From Fidelibacterota bacterium UBA2125 (GTDB taxonomy: Bacteria > Fidelibacterota > Marinisomatia > Marinisomatales > S15-B10), in the NCBI GenBank assembly GCA_002329125.1, contig DCXX01000150.1, positions 1-50,613 on the forward strand: a DNA stretch of 50,613 nucleotides, in the 5' to 3' direction. The notes beneath the pieces were generated by a model, which saw nothing but the letters and a program-made list of their open reading frames with translations, ran no database searches and was not told the origin of the DNA. This document shows positions 27,329 through 38,100 of this stretch, piece after piece. Every line of letters starts with the position of its first letter. Positions within the stretch are counted from its first letter, which is position 1. The position numbers and the translations under genes were made by a program.

Positions 27329-28552
27329 ATGAGCCTTCTCTCCTTTATCGCCCGCCGACATCTCGGTTCTAGGCATAGCCTTAGTTTCATTTCAATCGTT
27401 AGTTACCTCTCCATAGCCGGTCTCGCCATCGGCATTGCTGTTCTCATTCTGACGCTTGGTATTCTCACAGGTTTTGAACAGGAAGTTCAAAGAAAGATCA
27501 TCAGTTTTGACGGACATATTCGCGTGAAAGGGTTTCTGGGTGATCCGGTGGCACAGTTTCAGCCTCAACTTGATTCCATACTGGTGCAACTCCCTCAGGT
27601 AACCGGAAGAATGCCCTACATCCACCACCCCGCCACAGTCCGGGTGAAGAGTCAGACAGAGGCTGTTTTCGTGGAGGCTTTTGAAGAAGAAAAAGCTCAA
27701 GGTGTGCTGGGAACATGGAAGAATCTCATTTCAGGTGAATTTACTTTGGGCGAGGAAGGTGGAAAATCCGGTATCGTTTTGGGTAGAGCACTGGCGGAGA
27801 AACTAAACGCCAGAACAGGCGGGCGGTTGACTCTCATGGATTTGACCTCGTTAGGGAAACCGGGCCGTGCGCCGCGGATCGGTCAGTTTGAAGTGCGAGG
27901 CATCTATGAAACAGGTCTGAACGAATATGATGAATCTATAGTTTACATTGATCTGTCAGCGGGTCAGCGACTGTTCAATTATCGTGACCTTATCACTGGT
28001 GAGATTTTGTCCGTCTCAGACAGAAATGAAACAGTTTCTGTGGCAGGTTATCTTGATGATAACCTTAATTATCCTCTCATGTCTTCAACTTGGAAAGAGC
28101 GCCATTATAATCTTTTTGCCTGGCTCTCCCTTCAGAAGTATCCTATCATCGTAGTCTTTGCGCTTGTAGCTCTTGTTGCTCTTCTAAATATCATGTCATC
28201 CTTAACAATGATTGTTATGGAAAAGTCAAAGGACATCGGTGTTCTTCGGGCTGTGGGGTTCTCAAGGAAGAAAATTTCTCAGCTTTTTTTCTTCGAAGGT
28301 GGTATAGTGGGGCTTCTCGGTGTTAGCCTCGGCGTGGCGCTAGCCCTTCTGTTGGGGTGGATTCAGGTCCGCTTCGGCTTGCTCTCCATCCCTGAAGAAG
28401 TTTACTTCATGGGTAATCTCCCTATCCTTTTCACCATTGGGCATGTTCTTACTGTTGGCTTGTTTGGATTCATTGCTGCTGTTACAGCTAGCCTCTATCC
28501 GGCGTGGAAAGCTTCCGGTATCCAACCGGCTGAAGCCGTCCGTTACGAATGA
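27329..28552 (+). CDS. Lipoprotein-releasing ABC transporter permease (LolC/E family)
   Basis: ISIVSYLSIAGLAIG, GIVLG..LA, NIMSSLTMIVMEKSKDIGVLRAVG, YPAWKAS...PAEAVRYE. Confidence 0.92.
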   Translation: MSLLSFIARRHLGSRHSLSFISIVSYLSIAGLAIGIAVLILTLGILTGFEQEVQRKIISFDGHIRVKGFLGDPVAQFQPQLDSILVQLPQVTGRMPYIHHPATVRVKSQTEAVFVEAFEEEKAQGVLGTWKNLISGEFTLGEEGGKSGIVLGRALAEKLNARTGGRLTLMDLTSLGKPGRAPRIGQFEVRGIYETGLNEYDESIVYIDLSAGQRLFNYRDLITGEILSVSDRNETVSVAGYLDDNLNYPLMSSTWKERHYNLFAWLSLQKYPIIVVFALVALVALLNIMSSLTMIVMEKSKDIGVLRAVGFSRKKISQLFFFEGGIVGLLGVSLGVALALLLGWIQVRFGLLSIPEEVYFMGNLPILFTIGHVLTVGLFGFIAAVTASLYPAWKASGIQPAEAVRYE

Positions 28553-29754
28553 TGAGACTTGAAAGTTGGCTCGCCCGACGTATGCTTCTTTCCCGTAAGA
28601 AAGTGGGATTGATCTCCTGGAGTGGAATCATTTCAATTCTTGGTGTAGCTGTGGGATGCTTTGCGCTGATTATTTCAGTGGCTGTCCTAAACGGATTTGA
28701 ACGGGAAGTTCGTAATAAAGTGGTGGGTTTTGAATCTGATCTGAGGCTCACTTTAGGCGAAACCAAGCTGAATATGGACAATCTCAGCACTGCCTTTGAT
28801 CAGGAAAGTGACATTGCTGGATATTCAGCTTTTATTGAAAGGAAGGCCGTCGCTATCGCCATGGATGAGCGGTCGCTTGTCAAAGTAAAAGCTGTTGAGG
28901 AAGGAAGCCTACAGAAAATATACAAGATTGATGGTGTTGGAGAGATGAAAGTTATTGGAAACAAGGCGCCCGTCTATGTTGGTAAAGGAATCGCTGACCG
29001 CCTCGGTTTGCAGAGTGGAGACCGTTTGCGCCTCATGAATCCACTGGATAATCAGATCTATCTCGGAATGCCCACTGTCCTGGATGGCCGTGTAGCGGGT
29101 GTGTTCGAAACTCGCATCCTGGATTTTGATCAGACCTATGTCTTTGTTCCTCTTGAGGTGGGTCAGGCCCTTTTTAAATCCATGGACACCTTTGACGGTA
29201 TTGATTTCCGGCTGACGTCTTCTGCCAGAAAAGATAGAATGAAGGCACTCATTCTTTCCAAAGCGCCTGCTGGTGCTGTTGTCTCCGGCTGGGAAGATAT
29301 GCATCAGACACTCTTCCAAGCCATGCAGATGGAAAAGCTCGGTAGCATGGTTGTGCTGAGCTTAATCGTCATTGTGGCCTGTTTCAACATTGCTTCCACA
29401 CTCACCATGCTTGTATTGGAGAAAATTCGCGAGGTCGGAATACTGAAAACCATAGGCTTTTCACAAGTCAGAATTGGAAATATATTCCGCCTGCAAGGGA
29501 TATTTATCGGTGGTTTTGGATTGCTGCTGGGAGGCGGATTGGGTCTTCTATTCGTTTTGGGGCAGGAGCGTCTGGGATTGATTCGATTGCCGGAAACCAT
29601 CTATTTTGTTCAGTCACTGCCGGTAGCAATCTCTTTAACTGATGTAATCACGATCTTTCTAATTGGCGTTATTGTTATTGCTTTGGCTGTCTATTTTCCC
29701 AGCAGGGAGGCTAGGCGACTTTTGCCTACGGAAGCCATACAGTACGAGAAATGA
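28549..29754 (+). CDS. Lipoprotein-releasing ABC transporter permease (LolC/E family)
   Basis: ISILGVAVG, VLNGFE, FNIASTLTMLVLEKIREVGILKTIG; followed by lolD. Confidence 0.92.
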   Translation: MMRLESWLARRMLLSRKKVGLISWSGIISILGVAVGCFALIISVAVLNGFEREVRNKVVGFESDLRLTLGETKLNMDNLSTAFDQESDIAGYSAFIERKAVAIAMDERSLVKVKAVEEGSLQKIYKIDGVGEMKVIGNKAPVYVGKGIADRLGLQSGDRLRLMNPLDNQIYLGMPTVLDGRVAGVFETRILDFDQTYVFVPLEVGQALFKSMDTFDGIDFRLTSSARKDRMKALILSKAPAGAVVSGWEDMHQTLFQAMQMEKLGSMVVLSLIVIVACFNIASTLTMLVLEKIREVGILKTIGFSQVRIGNIFRLQGIFIGGFGLLLGGGLGLLFVLGQERLGLIRLPETIYFVQSLPVAISLTDVITIFLIGVIVIALAVYFPSREARRLLPTEAIQYEK

Positions 29755-30425
29755 TTCTGAAAGCTGAAAATATTTGCAAGAGCTACCCTACCAGCGCCGG
29801 CCCGTTGGAGGTGCTGAGAGATGTTTCTTTATCTCTGAAGGAGGGAGAACTGATTTCCGTTGCCGGGCCGTCCGGATGCGGTAAGTCGACTTTGCTCAAC
29901 ATACTCGGTACTCTGGATCAGCCTGACAAAGGGACTCTTGAAATTGCTGGAAAAAATGTAGCGTTACTGGATGATGAATCTGTCTCTAGGTTGCGCAGTG
30001 AATCCATCGGTTTCGTTTTCCAGTTCCATCATCTATTGCCTGAGTTCACCATTGCGGAAAATCTTACGATACCTCAACGGCTGTTGGGTCGGAGTGAAAA
30101 GACCGCTACTGATCGGGTAACGGAACTTCTTTCAAAGGTAAATCTCTTGCCTAGATCTAATCATCGTCCCAACGCTATCTCTGGCGGTGAACGTCAGCGG
30201 GTGGCAGTCTTGAGGGCTCTTGTGAATGAGCCGGGTATCGTGCTGGCTGATGAACCGACAGGTAATTTGGATGTGGAGACGGCGCGGCAGTTGATGGAAA
30301 TGATCCAAAATCTTGCAAAAGATTTTAATCAGGCCTTCCTTATCGTCACTCACAATCCGGACGTGGCGGCACTGTGCGAAAAGAACCTCACAATAAATGA
30401 AGGCACAGTTATTCCAGCACCATAA
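29751..30425 (+). CDS. lolD: Lipoprotein-releasing ABC transporter ATPase LolD
   Basis: GPSGCGKS, LolD motif GFVFQFHHLLPEF, SGGERQR, ADEPTGNLD. Confidence 0.93.
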   Translation: MILKAENICKSYPTSAGPLEVLRDVSLSLKEGELISVAGPSGCGKSTLLNILGTLDQPDKGTLEIAGKNVALLDDESVSRLRSESIGFVFQFHHLLPEFTIAENLTIPQRLLGRSEKTATDRVTELLSKVNLLPRSNHRPNAISGGERQRVAVLRALVNEPGIVLADEPTGNLDVETARQLMEMIQNLAKDFNQAFLIVTHNPDVAALCEKNLTINEGTVIPAP

Positions 30426-30431
30426 AAGTGA

Positions 30432-30463
30432 TTTGATTGGGCTCGGATAGGAAAGTAAATTTG
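30432..30463 (+). promoter_or_regulatory. Bacteroidetes-type -33/-7 promoter upstream of clpC
   Basis: TTTG(30432)-N20-TAAATTTG(30456), an exact match to TTTG/TAnnTTTG. Confidence 0.6.
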
Positions 30464-30483
30464 CTCAGGCTTATCTTAGTCGT

Positions 30484-32985
30484 ATGAAAGAAAACTTTTC
30501 CAAACGTGTTCAAACGATCATGAAGTACGCCAAGGAGGAGGCTATCCAACTTGGCCACAGCTATGTGGGGTCGGAACATCTTCTTCTCGGGATTCTCCGC
30601 GAAGGGTCGGGCCGCGCCGTCGGAATGCTTGAAGAGCTTGGCTGTGATTTGAACGAGATGCGGCTCATGATTGAGGATATGGTGAAACCCGCCGGTGGCA
30701 CCATGACCTTGGGTCATCTTCCCCTCACAAGACGTGCTGAACGTATTTTGCGCAATACATTCACTGAAGCTTCAAATCATAATGCAACAATTGCAGATGA
30801 CTATCATCTGTTGCTTGCAACGCTACAGGAGAAGGAAGGTGTTGCTTTTGAGGTTCTTACCGCCTTCGAAATTGATTATTCATCCGTTGTTGAGTTGCTG
30901 AAAGAAGAAAAGGAAACTTCTTTACCGCCGAGATCAAAAAGTTCCGCTACTGCCAAGAAGACAAAAACTCCTGCTCTGGATCATTTCAGTAGAGATATCA
31001 CCGAGCTGGCCCGCAACGGTAAACTTGACCCTGTCATCGGCCGGCAGCAAGAAATTGAACGTGTAGCGCAGATTCTTTGTCGCAGAAAGAAGAACAACCC
31101 AGTGCTCATTGGTGAGCCGGGCGTAGGAAAAACAGCCATTGTCGAAGGTCTAGCTCAGCGGATCATCGAACGTGATGTGCCGCGGCTGCTTCACAACAAG
31201 CGCATTGTTGCGCTGGACCTTGCTGGCATCGTTGCCGGTACCAAGTATCGCGGTCAGTTCGAAGAACGAATGAAGGCTATCATGACGGAATTGGAATCCT
31301 CTCACAAGATCATTCTTTTTATTGATGAGCTTCACACTATTGTTGGCGCTGGTAGTGCATCGGGCTCTCTGGACGCTTCTAACATGTTCAAACCGGCGCT
31401 ATCGAGAGGCGATATTCACTGTGTTGGTGCTACAACCCTGGATGAATATCGGAAACACATTGAGAAAGATGGAGCATTAGAGAGGCGGTTTCAAAAGATT
31501 TCTGTGATCCCGCCGACTATTGAGGAGTCAGTGGCAATTCTCAACGGTCTCAGGAGCCGATATGAAAAACATCACAAGGTCAAGTTTGATGATGATGCTA
31601 TTCGAGCCTGCGTTGAGTTGAGTCACCGATATATTACAGACAAGTATCTACCGGATAAAGCTATAGATGTATTGGATGAGGCAGGTTCCCGCCTGCATTT
31701 GCAGAATCTCACAGTACCTGATGAAGTAGTGGAATTTGAGTTGGAGATTGAGCAGATCAGGTTTGAAAAGGACACTGTTGTTTCTAGTCAGCAATTTGAG
31801 AAGGCGGCTAGTCTAAGAGATAAAGAAAAGGTCCTGTTAAAGTCCCTTGATGAAGCGCAGCGTAAATGGGCCAAAGAGGAGACGAAACATGCGCCGTCCG
31901 TAAGTGAACAGGACATAGCTGATGTTGTTTCCATGATGACGGGTATTCCTATCTCTGAAGTGGCTGAGACGGAATCGGAAAAACTCCTCAAGATGGACGA
32001 AAATCTCAAAGAGTTTATCGTGGGTCAAGATGAAGCGATTAATATGCTCGCGAAAGCGATCCAAAGAGCGAGGGCCGGCCTGAAGAATCCTCGCCGACCC
32101 ATCGGTGCTTTCCTTTTCCTCGGACCTACTGGTGTCGGTAAGACTGAGACAGCTAAAGTACTGGCCAAGCACCTATTTTCTCACGATGAATCCCTCGTGA
32201 AGATTGATATGTCCGAATACATGGAGAGGTTCTCAGTATCCCGGCTCATTGGTGCACCTCCCGGCTACGTGGGATTTGAAGAAGGGGGTGAACTCACAGA
32301 GCGAGTACGCCGCAATCCCTATTCGGTCATCCTGCTTGATGAGATCGAAAAAGCACACAATGATGTCTTTAATCTTTTACTCCAGCTTCTTGATGAAGGT
32401 ATCCTCACGGACAGCATGGGGAGAAAGGTGGATTTCCGAAATACGATCATCATCCTCACCTCCAATATCGGCACCCGTGGTTTTGGTAAAGTGGGGACCT
32501 ACGGCTTTGGAGATTCCTCAAAAGATTCAACTTTTGAGGCGATGAAAAACCGTGTGCTGGAAAAATTGGAAGATGTGTTCAACCCGGAATTCATTAATAG
32601 ACTCGATGAATCCATTGTCTTTAAACCTCTCGAAAAGGACAGTGTTCTGAAGATCATCGATCTTCAGTTAGGTGACCTTGTGGATAATCTCAAAACAAAG
32701 AAAATGCAATTCCAAATTACCGATGCCGCAAAAACTCTACTTCTGGAACAAGGTTTCAGTAGTGAGTTTGGCGCCAGGCCCATGCGCCGTGAAATTCAGT
32801 CTTCCATCGAGGCGCCTCTCTCTGAATTCATCCTTGAAAGAAGATTTAGGGAAGGAGATACTATCAAAGTGGATGTCCTAAAGGGACAGATACACATTGT
32901 AAAACCGAGAAAACATAAGAAAAAAACTGTTGTGAAAGGGTCTAAGACCCCCCGAAAAACCACAAAAACTGACAAGAAGTCATAA
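30484..32985 (+). CDS. clpC: ATP-dependent Clp protease ATPase subunit ClpC
   Basis: Clp N repeats (EHLLLG), NBD1 [11 protein letters not shown]-like middle domain ([11 protein letters not shown]), NBD2 GPTGVGKT, ClpP-docking-like YGF. Confidence 0.95.
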   Translation: MKENFSKRVQTIMKYAKEEAIQLGHSYVGSEHLLLGILREGSGRAVGMLEELGCDLNEMRLMIEDMVKPAGGTMTLGHLPLTRRAERILRNTFTEASNHNATIADDYHLLLATLQEKEGVAFEVLTAFEIDYSSVVELLKEEKETSLPPRSKSSATAKKTKTPALDHFSRDITELARNGKLDPVIGRQQEIERVAQILCRRKKNNPVLIGEPGVGKTAIVEGLAQRIIERDVPRLLHNKRIVALDLAGIVAGTKYRGQFEERMKAIMTELESSHKIILFIDELHTIVGAGSASGSLDASNMFKPALSRGDIHCVGATTLDEYRKHIEKDGALERRFQKISVIPPTIEESVAILNGLRSRYEKHHKVKFDDDAIRACVELSHRYITDKYLPDKAIDVLDEAGSRLHLQNLTVPDEVVEFELEIEQIRFEKDTVVSSQQFEKAASLRDKEKVLLKSLDEAQRKWAKEETKHAPSVSEQDIADVVSMMTGIPISEVAETESEKLLKMDENLKEFIVGQDEAINMLAKAIQRARAGLKNPRRPIGAFLFLGPTGVGKTETAKVLAKHLFSHDESLVKIDMSEYMERFSVSRLIGAPPGYVGFEEGGELTERVRRNPYSVILLDEIEKAHNDVFNLLLQLLDEGILTDSMGRKVDFRNTIIILTSNIGTRGFGKVGTYGFGDSSKDSTFEAMKNRVLEKLEDVFNPEFINRLDESIVFKPLEKDSVLKIIDLQLGDLVDNLKTKKMQFQITDAAKTLLLEQGFSSEFGARPMRREIQSSIEAPLSEFILERRFREGDTIKVDVLKGQIHIVKPRKHKKKTVVKGSKTPRKTTKTDKKS

Positions 32986-33038
32986 AAGCTTCCGTCGGGT
33001 TTCTTTAATATTCTGACATAATCGCCCACTTTTTGTCT

Positions 33039-33054
33039 TTGGCACACTATTTGT
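33039..33054 (+). promoter_or_regulatory. Putative sigma-54 (-24/-12) promoter upstream of dnaK
   Basis: TTGGCAC-actat-TTGT versus consensus TGGCAC-N5-TTGC, one mismatch at -12. Confidence 0.5.
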
Positions 33055-33098
33055 GCTTAACAGAACGATAATTGATCAAACTTTAAGGAGTTTCAGGT

Positions 33099-35015
33099 AT
33101 GTCTAAAATCATTGGAATCGATTTAGGAACCACCAATTCTTGTGTCGCCATTATGGAAGGCGGCGAGCCAAAGGTTATTACAAACCCAGAGGGTGGTAGA
33201 ACGACACCTTCAGTTGTTGCCTTTACCAAAGATGGGGAAAGGTTGGTGGGTCAGCCTGCTAAGCGGCAAGCTGTTACAAATCCCAATAACACAGTCTACT
33301 CCATTAAGCGGTTCATGGGAAGGGAATTTGATGAAGTTCAAACAGAGATTAGCGAAGTGCCCTACGAGGTCAATAAAGGGAAATCAGGCGCTGTTGAAGT
33401 TGCCATAGAAGGGAAAACATATCTACCACCTGAGATCAGTGCAATGATTCTTCAAAAACTTCGCCAGACCGCTGAGGAATATCTTGGTGGGACGGTAACT
33501 GAAGCAGTAATAACAGTTCCCGCCTATTTTAACGACTCACAACGGCAGGCGACAAAAGATGCAGGTAAGATCGCAGGCCTGGAGGTAAGGCGAATTATTA
33601 ATGAGCCTACTGCCGCAGCTTTGGCTTATGGCTTGGATAAAAAGAACGATCAAAAAGTGGTCGTATTTGATTTGGGTGGAGGAACATTTGATGTTTCAAT
33701 TCTTGATATCATGGATATTGATGGTGAGAAGTCTATTGAAGTAAATGCTTCCAATGGCGATGGTCACCTGGGCGGCGATGATTTTGATCAGAGGGTTATC
33801 GATTGGATGGCTGATGAATTTAAAAAGAGTGAAGGGATCGATCTTAAAGAAGATCCCATGGCTCTCCAGAGGTTGAAGGAAGCGGGAGAATCGGCAAAGC
33901 GTGAACTGTCTTCTTCCAAACAGACTGACATTAACCTCCCTTTCATTACTGCAGATTCAACCGGACCGAAGCACCTCAACATGACATTGTCCCGTGCGAA
34001 ATTTGAAGAGCTTGTGGATGACCTGGTTGAGCGTACAAAGAAACCTTGTGAACAGGCACTTAAGGATTCCGGGCTCAAACCGGGCGATATTCACGAAGTA
34101 ATACTTGTTGGTGGATCTACCCGTATCCCGAAAGTCCAGGAGGTTGTGAAAGATATCTTTGGGAAAGAACCCAACAAGGGTGTTAACCCTGATGAGGTGG
34201 TGGCTATGGGGGCCGGAATTCAAGGTGGCATTCTCGGAGGAGATGTTGAGGATGTCCTTTTGCTGGATATTACCCCTCTGTCACTTGGTATTGAGACACT
34301 GGGCAGTGTTTTCACAAAGTTGATCGAGCGGAACACCACTATCCCCACAAAGAAAAGCCAGATCTTTTCCACTGCTGCCGATAACCAACCGTCGGTTGAA
34401 ATCCATGTGCTTCAGGGTGAAAGAGAGATGGCCGTATATAACAAGACCATCGGTAAGTTTCATCTTGATGGTATTCCCCCGGCACCGCGCGGGATCCCTC
34501 AGATCGAAGTCACCTTCGATATTGATGCGAACGGTATTCTCAATGTAGGTGCCCAAGATAAAGCCACTGGAAAAGAACAGAGCATCCGTATCGAAGCATC
34601 CAGCGGACTGAGTCAGGAAGAAGTGGATAAAATGGTGGATGATGCGAAGAAGCATGAAACTGAGGACAAGGAAAAACGTGAAGAAGTGGATGTAAAAAAT
34701 CAGGCCGACCAGCTCATCTACCAGACTGAGAAAAACCTCAAGGAATTCGAGGAAAAACTCAGTGATGACGATAAGAAACGTTTAGATGAAACAGTTGAAA
34801 AGCTAAAAACGGCCTCTGAGGGGAGCAATTTGGAAGATATGAAGTCAGCTACTGAAGACCTCAATTCGGCTTGGAACGAAATTGCAGGCAAGATGTACGA
34901 AAGTTCCAAACAGGAAGGTGCCGGTTCTCAGGAGCCACCTGAATCCACCGGCGAATCCAAGAAAGGGGACGATAAAGAGATCGAGGACGCAGACTTCGAA
35001 GTCGTAGACGATTAA
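33099..35015 (+). CDS. dnaK: Chaperone DnaK (Hsp70)
   Basis: [34 protein letters not shown]-terminal DADFEVVDD; RBS AAGGAG. Confidence 0.98.
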   Translation: MSKIIGIDLGTTNSCVAIMEGGEPKVITNPEGGRTTPSVVAFTKDGERLVGQPAKRQAVTNPNNTVYSIKRFMGREFDEVQTEISEVPYEVNKGKSGAVEVAIEGKTYLPPEISAMILQKLRQTAEEYLGGTVTEAVITVPAYFNDSQRQATKDAGKIAGLEVRRIINEPTAAALAYGLDKKNDQKVVVFDLGGGTFDVSILDIMDIDGEKSIEVNASNGDGHLGGDDFDQRVIDWMADEFKKSEGIDLKEDPMALQRLKEAGESAKRELSSSKQTDINLPFITADSTGPKHLNMTLSRAKFEELVDDLVERTKKPCEQALKDSGLKPGDIHEVILVGGSTRIPKVQEVVKDIFGKEPNKGVNPDEVVAMGAGIQGGILGGDVEDVLLLDITPLSLGIETLGSVFTKLIERNTTIPTKKSQIFSTAADNQPSVEIHVLQGEREMAVYNKTIGKFHLDGIPPAPRGIPQIEVTFDIDANGILNVGAQDKATGKEQSIRIEASSGLSQEEVDKMVDDAKKHETEDKEKREEVDVKNQADQLIYQTEKNLKEFEEKLSDDDKKRLDETVEKLKTASEGSNLEDMKSATEDLNSAWNEIAGKMYESSKQEGAGSQEPPESTGESKKGDDKEIEDADFEVVDD

Positions 35016-35042
35016 TTAACTCTATATTATATCTATCTACTG

Positions 35043-35071
35043 AATGGCGAGTCATTTGATTCGCCATTTTT
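35043..35071 (+). terminator. Rho-independent terminator after dnaK
   Basis: AATGGCGAGTC-attt-GATTCGCCATT stem (one G-U pair) followed by a T run. Confidence 0.8.
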
Positions 35072-35100
35072 GTATTTGGAACTTCATTAGGTTAAATTTG
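35069..35100 (+). promoter_or_regulatory. Bacteroidetes-type -33/-7 promoter upstream of tamB
   Basis: TTTG(35069)-N20-TAAATTTG(35093). Confidence 0.55.
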
Positions 35101-35117
35101 TTTTAGAATAGTCTGTT

Positions 35118-38100
35118 TTGAGAAAAAGAAAAAAAGCACTCCTAATTCTTTCGCTTGTGCTGGTTTTGCTCAGCGGTAGCGTCATTTATATTGTCTTGGC
35201 TCCTGGGCGATGGACAAGGGAGATTGTCCAATATGTAAATCAATCACTCATGTTAGACAGTGGATGGAATCTTTCGATTGGAAATCTGGAAGGTCAGTTG
35301 ATCTCTGATATCCACCTTGAAAATATTTATCTTCGAAACAACGATGGTTCCCTTGTCTTTTTTTGTGAAACAAGTGCTCTAAACTTCGATATTTCTCAGA
35401 TTATCACCGGTAACTGGGCACTGTCTAATCTTGTTCTTGACAATGTATTGATCACGCTGAAAGAAGCCGAGGAGGAAATTGACCTCGACATGAAATTTAT
35501 GGAACGATTGGCCTATAACGGTTTGAGAGTAAAATCCTTGTCTGTCAACCAATCTTCGATACTGGTCAAGGAAGGATTAAACGAAAAGCTTTACAGCTTT
35601 GAAGCGTCCGGTCGCCTCCAACCCGATGGAGAGGCAGTGTCATTTCATGTCTCTCATGCCATGGTCCACGATTTTCAAACTGACAGTCAGCTTGATCTGG
35701 AAAGCGGTAAACTGAGGCTTGGGGCTTCTCAAGCTAGTGCCAGCAATATTTCAGCTGTTTTCAACGGTTATCAAATCTCATTGGATGGTGATGTTCAATT
35801 TTCTCCTAAAACAGATCTTGCAATGGAATTGAGTATTCAAAATATTGATTTAACGGAATTCAAATCGTGGCAACTTCCCGATATCTTCGATGCGCAAAAT
35901 GCTGATTTTCACATTGAAATCAAGTCTGATTTAACTCAAGTGTATGTTGAAGCGAGACTGGATGAATCGGCTACTTCCACTCTCATTGCCGATATTGAGA
36001 CACATTTTGAGGTAGATAACGGTGTTTACCGGTTATTCGATTCTGAGATTGATATTAATGAGGCTCGTTTCACCGGCAGTGGTATCTGGGAAGAAGATTC
36101 TAACCTTTCTCTTGATCTCTATGTTTCCGATCTCGATCTCTCTGAGTTTGGTCTCTCGGCAAAGAAGACCAATATTCAGGGTACCACCAAGATTAATCTC
36201 GCTCTTAGTGATGCCAATGACCTTTCTGGCGTCACTGCCAAGGTTGCCCTTCAGAATGACAACTTTGGTAGCGCCGAATTCCTGGCTGTTTCAGGAAGAA
36301 TTGACTATAGTAACGGCATCGTTTCTTTTCCTGATTCACTGACTATAAACATGGGATTTGGTACCCTTCAGGCAAAGGGTAATGTCGACTTGGAAAGAGA
36401 GAAAACAGATCTTGTCTTTGAATTACAGGAAACCTCTTTACCGGTATTTGCATCATTCGCCGGATTGGAGGGGAGCCCGGATGGTGTGACTTATGGCACA
36501 GTGGAATTGTCTGGCTTTATCGATGACCCATCCGTAAAGGGAAATCTGACCATTCGCAAAGCATCTTTCAGAGATATTGAGATCTCTTCATTAAAGTCAA
36601 ACTTCATGATTAACTCAATTTTCAAGACACGGCACGGCTCACTAGCTGCTGAGGCCGGAAACACAATCTTTGGTAACGTGAATGTGGATGGTGCCTCTCT
36701 TAATCTGTACTTTATGGGAGACACTGTTCTCATCGCCAATGCAGATGTTAAATCAGGTGACGAGAATCTTAGACTCTCTGGTAAAATTGTGGAATTTCAA
36801 TCGCTGGAAGTTGATCAGCTACAATCTTCTCTTCAGGGACAGTTCGTTTCCAGCTTGGAGCCTTTCTCTGTTTCCCGAAACAATAATCAATTTAAGATCG
36901 GACCTGTCCGTCTGAAGATCAATGAAGGATTGCTAGAAACAAAACTTGCATTCAATGAGGGGATCCTTGAAGAGGGTCATTTTTCGGCAATTAATATCGA
37001 TTTAGATGGTGTCAGCAAACTGTTTAATCAACCTCTGCCGATTACCGGTTCTGCTTTTTCTGAATTCACCGCCAGCACGTCAAGTGAGCAGTTGTCGTTT
37101 GCAGGTTCCTTCCAGATCCGCGATGGAATTTGGGAAAGTGTTGCTTTTGATGACCTTCTTTTCACTGCCGCACTTGAAGGCGACCAGGTTACACTCAAAG
37201 AGATGCAACTTAGAAGAGGCCAGGATATTGTCTTAGATATTTCCGGTTTCTACACTGTAGAGGTTGGGACAGATCAGTTTCTTGCTGCAAAATCCGACGG
37301 CCTGTTGAGCTTCTCAAGTAGTTTTAGAGAATTAGACCTTGAATTGCTATCTCCTTACTTTCCAGGATGGTGGGCTCTTGAAGGTGAAGCAACAGGAAGT
37401 TTCGCCATGAGCGGTACCTCGGAATCATCTGAAATCGGTTTTTCATTTTCCGTTACTGATCCCCGCTTTTCTCTTATCGAGGCTCAGCAAATTTCCGCCA
37501 CCGGGCGATACATCAATCATCGTCTCTATTTTGAGGATCTTGTTGGCTTGACCAAAACTGGTGAGTACACCGGTGAAGGATATCTTCCTGTCGATTTCGA
37601 AGTTGTACCCAAGGATGAAGACCGGTGGATTGAATCTGATCCCATAGCAATGCAATTTACTTTGCGAACCTCATCCATGGATTTTCTGTCACCATACTTT
37701 ACAGAAATCGATTCTATAACGGGCGATATTGAAATTGCACTCCAAATTGAAGGAACCCCGGAGAAACCGGTGAGGAATGGTTCTATCGATATTTTGGATG
37801 GCAAAGTTTACTATACCTGGCTGGACATTCCCATCGCAGGCATTAGCGGTAACGCTTATCTCAAAGATAACATGCTCATCGTTGATAGGCTTACAGCCAC
37901 TTCAAATATTCCCGATGACACCAATTGGGGACAGGATTTACGTTCTAACCTAGCCAAGGTTTCCGGTGGCAGGCTCTTCGGGGGGAAAAAAGAGAAATTT
38001 CGGGACAATCTCCGGATCACCGGAACCATGGATATGACCCATTTTTTCAATCCAAACCTGGCTTTTCTGGTAGATGGCTCGGATGTTTATGTGCGGACAC

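Noticed and set aside
32900-32985. Lys-rich C-terminal tail of ClpC (and the basic tail of FtsH near 22870-22987)
   Set aside because: Low-complexity disordered tails are common on these proteins; no specific function is supportable from sequence.
33039-33060. Possible CIRCE element upstream of dnaK (ttggcacactatttgtgcttaa)
   Set aside because: Arms and spacer do not fit TTAGCACTC-N9-GAGTGCTAA; the sigma-54 pattern fits better.
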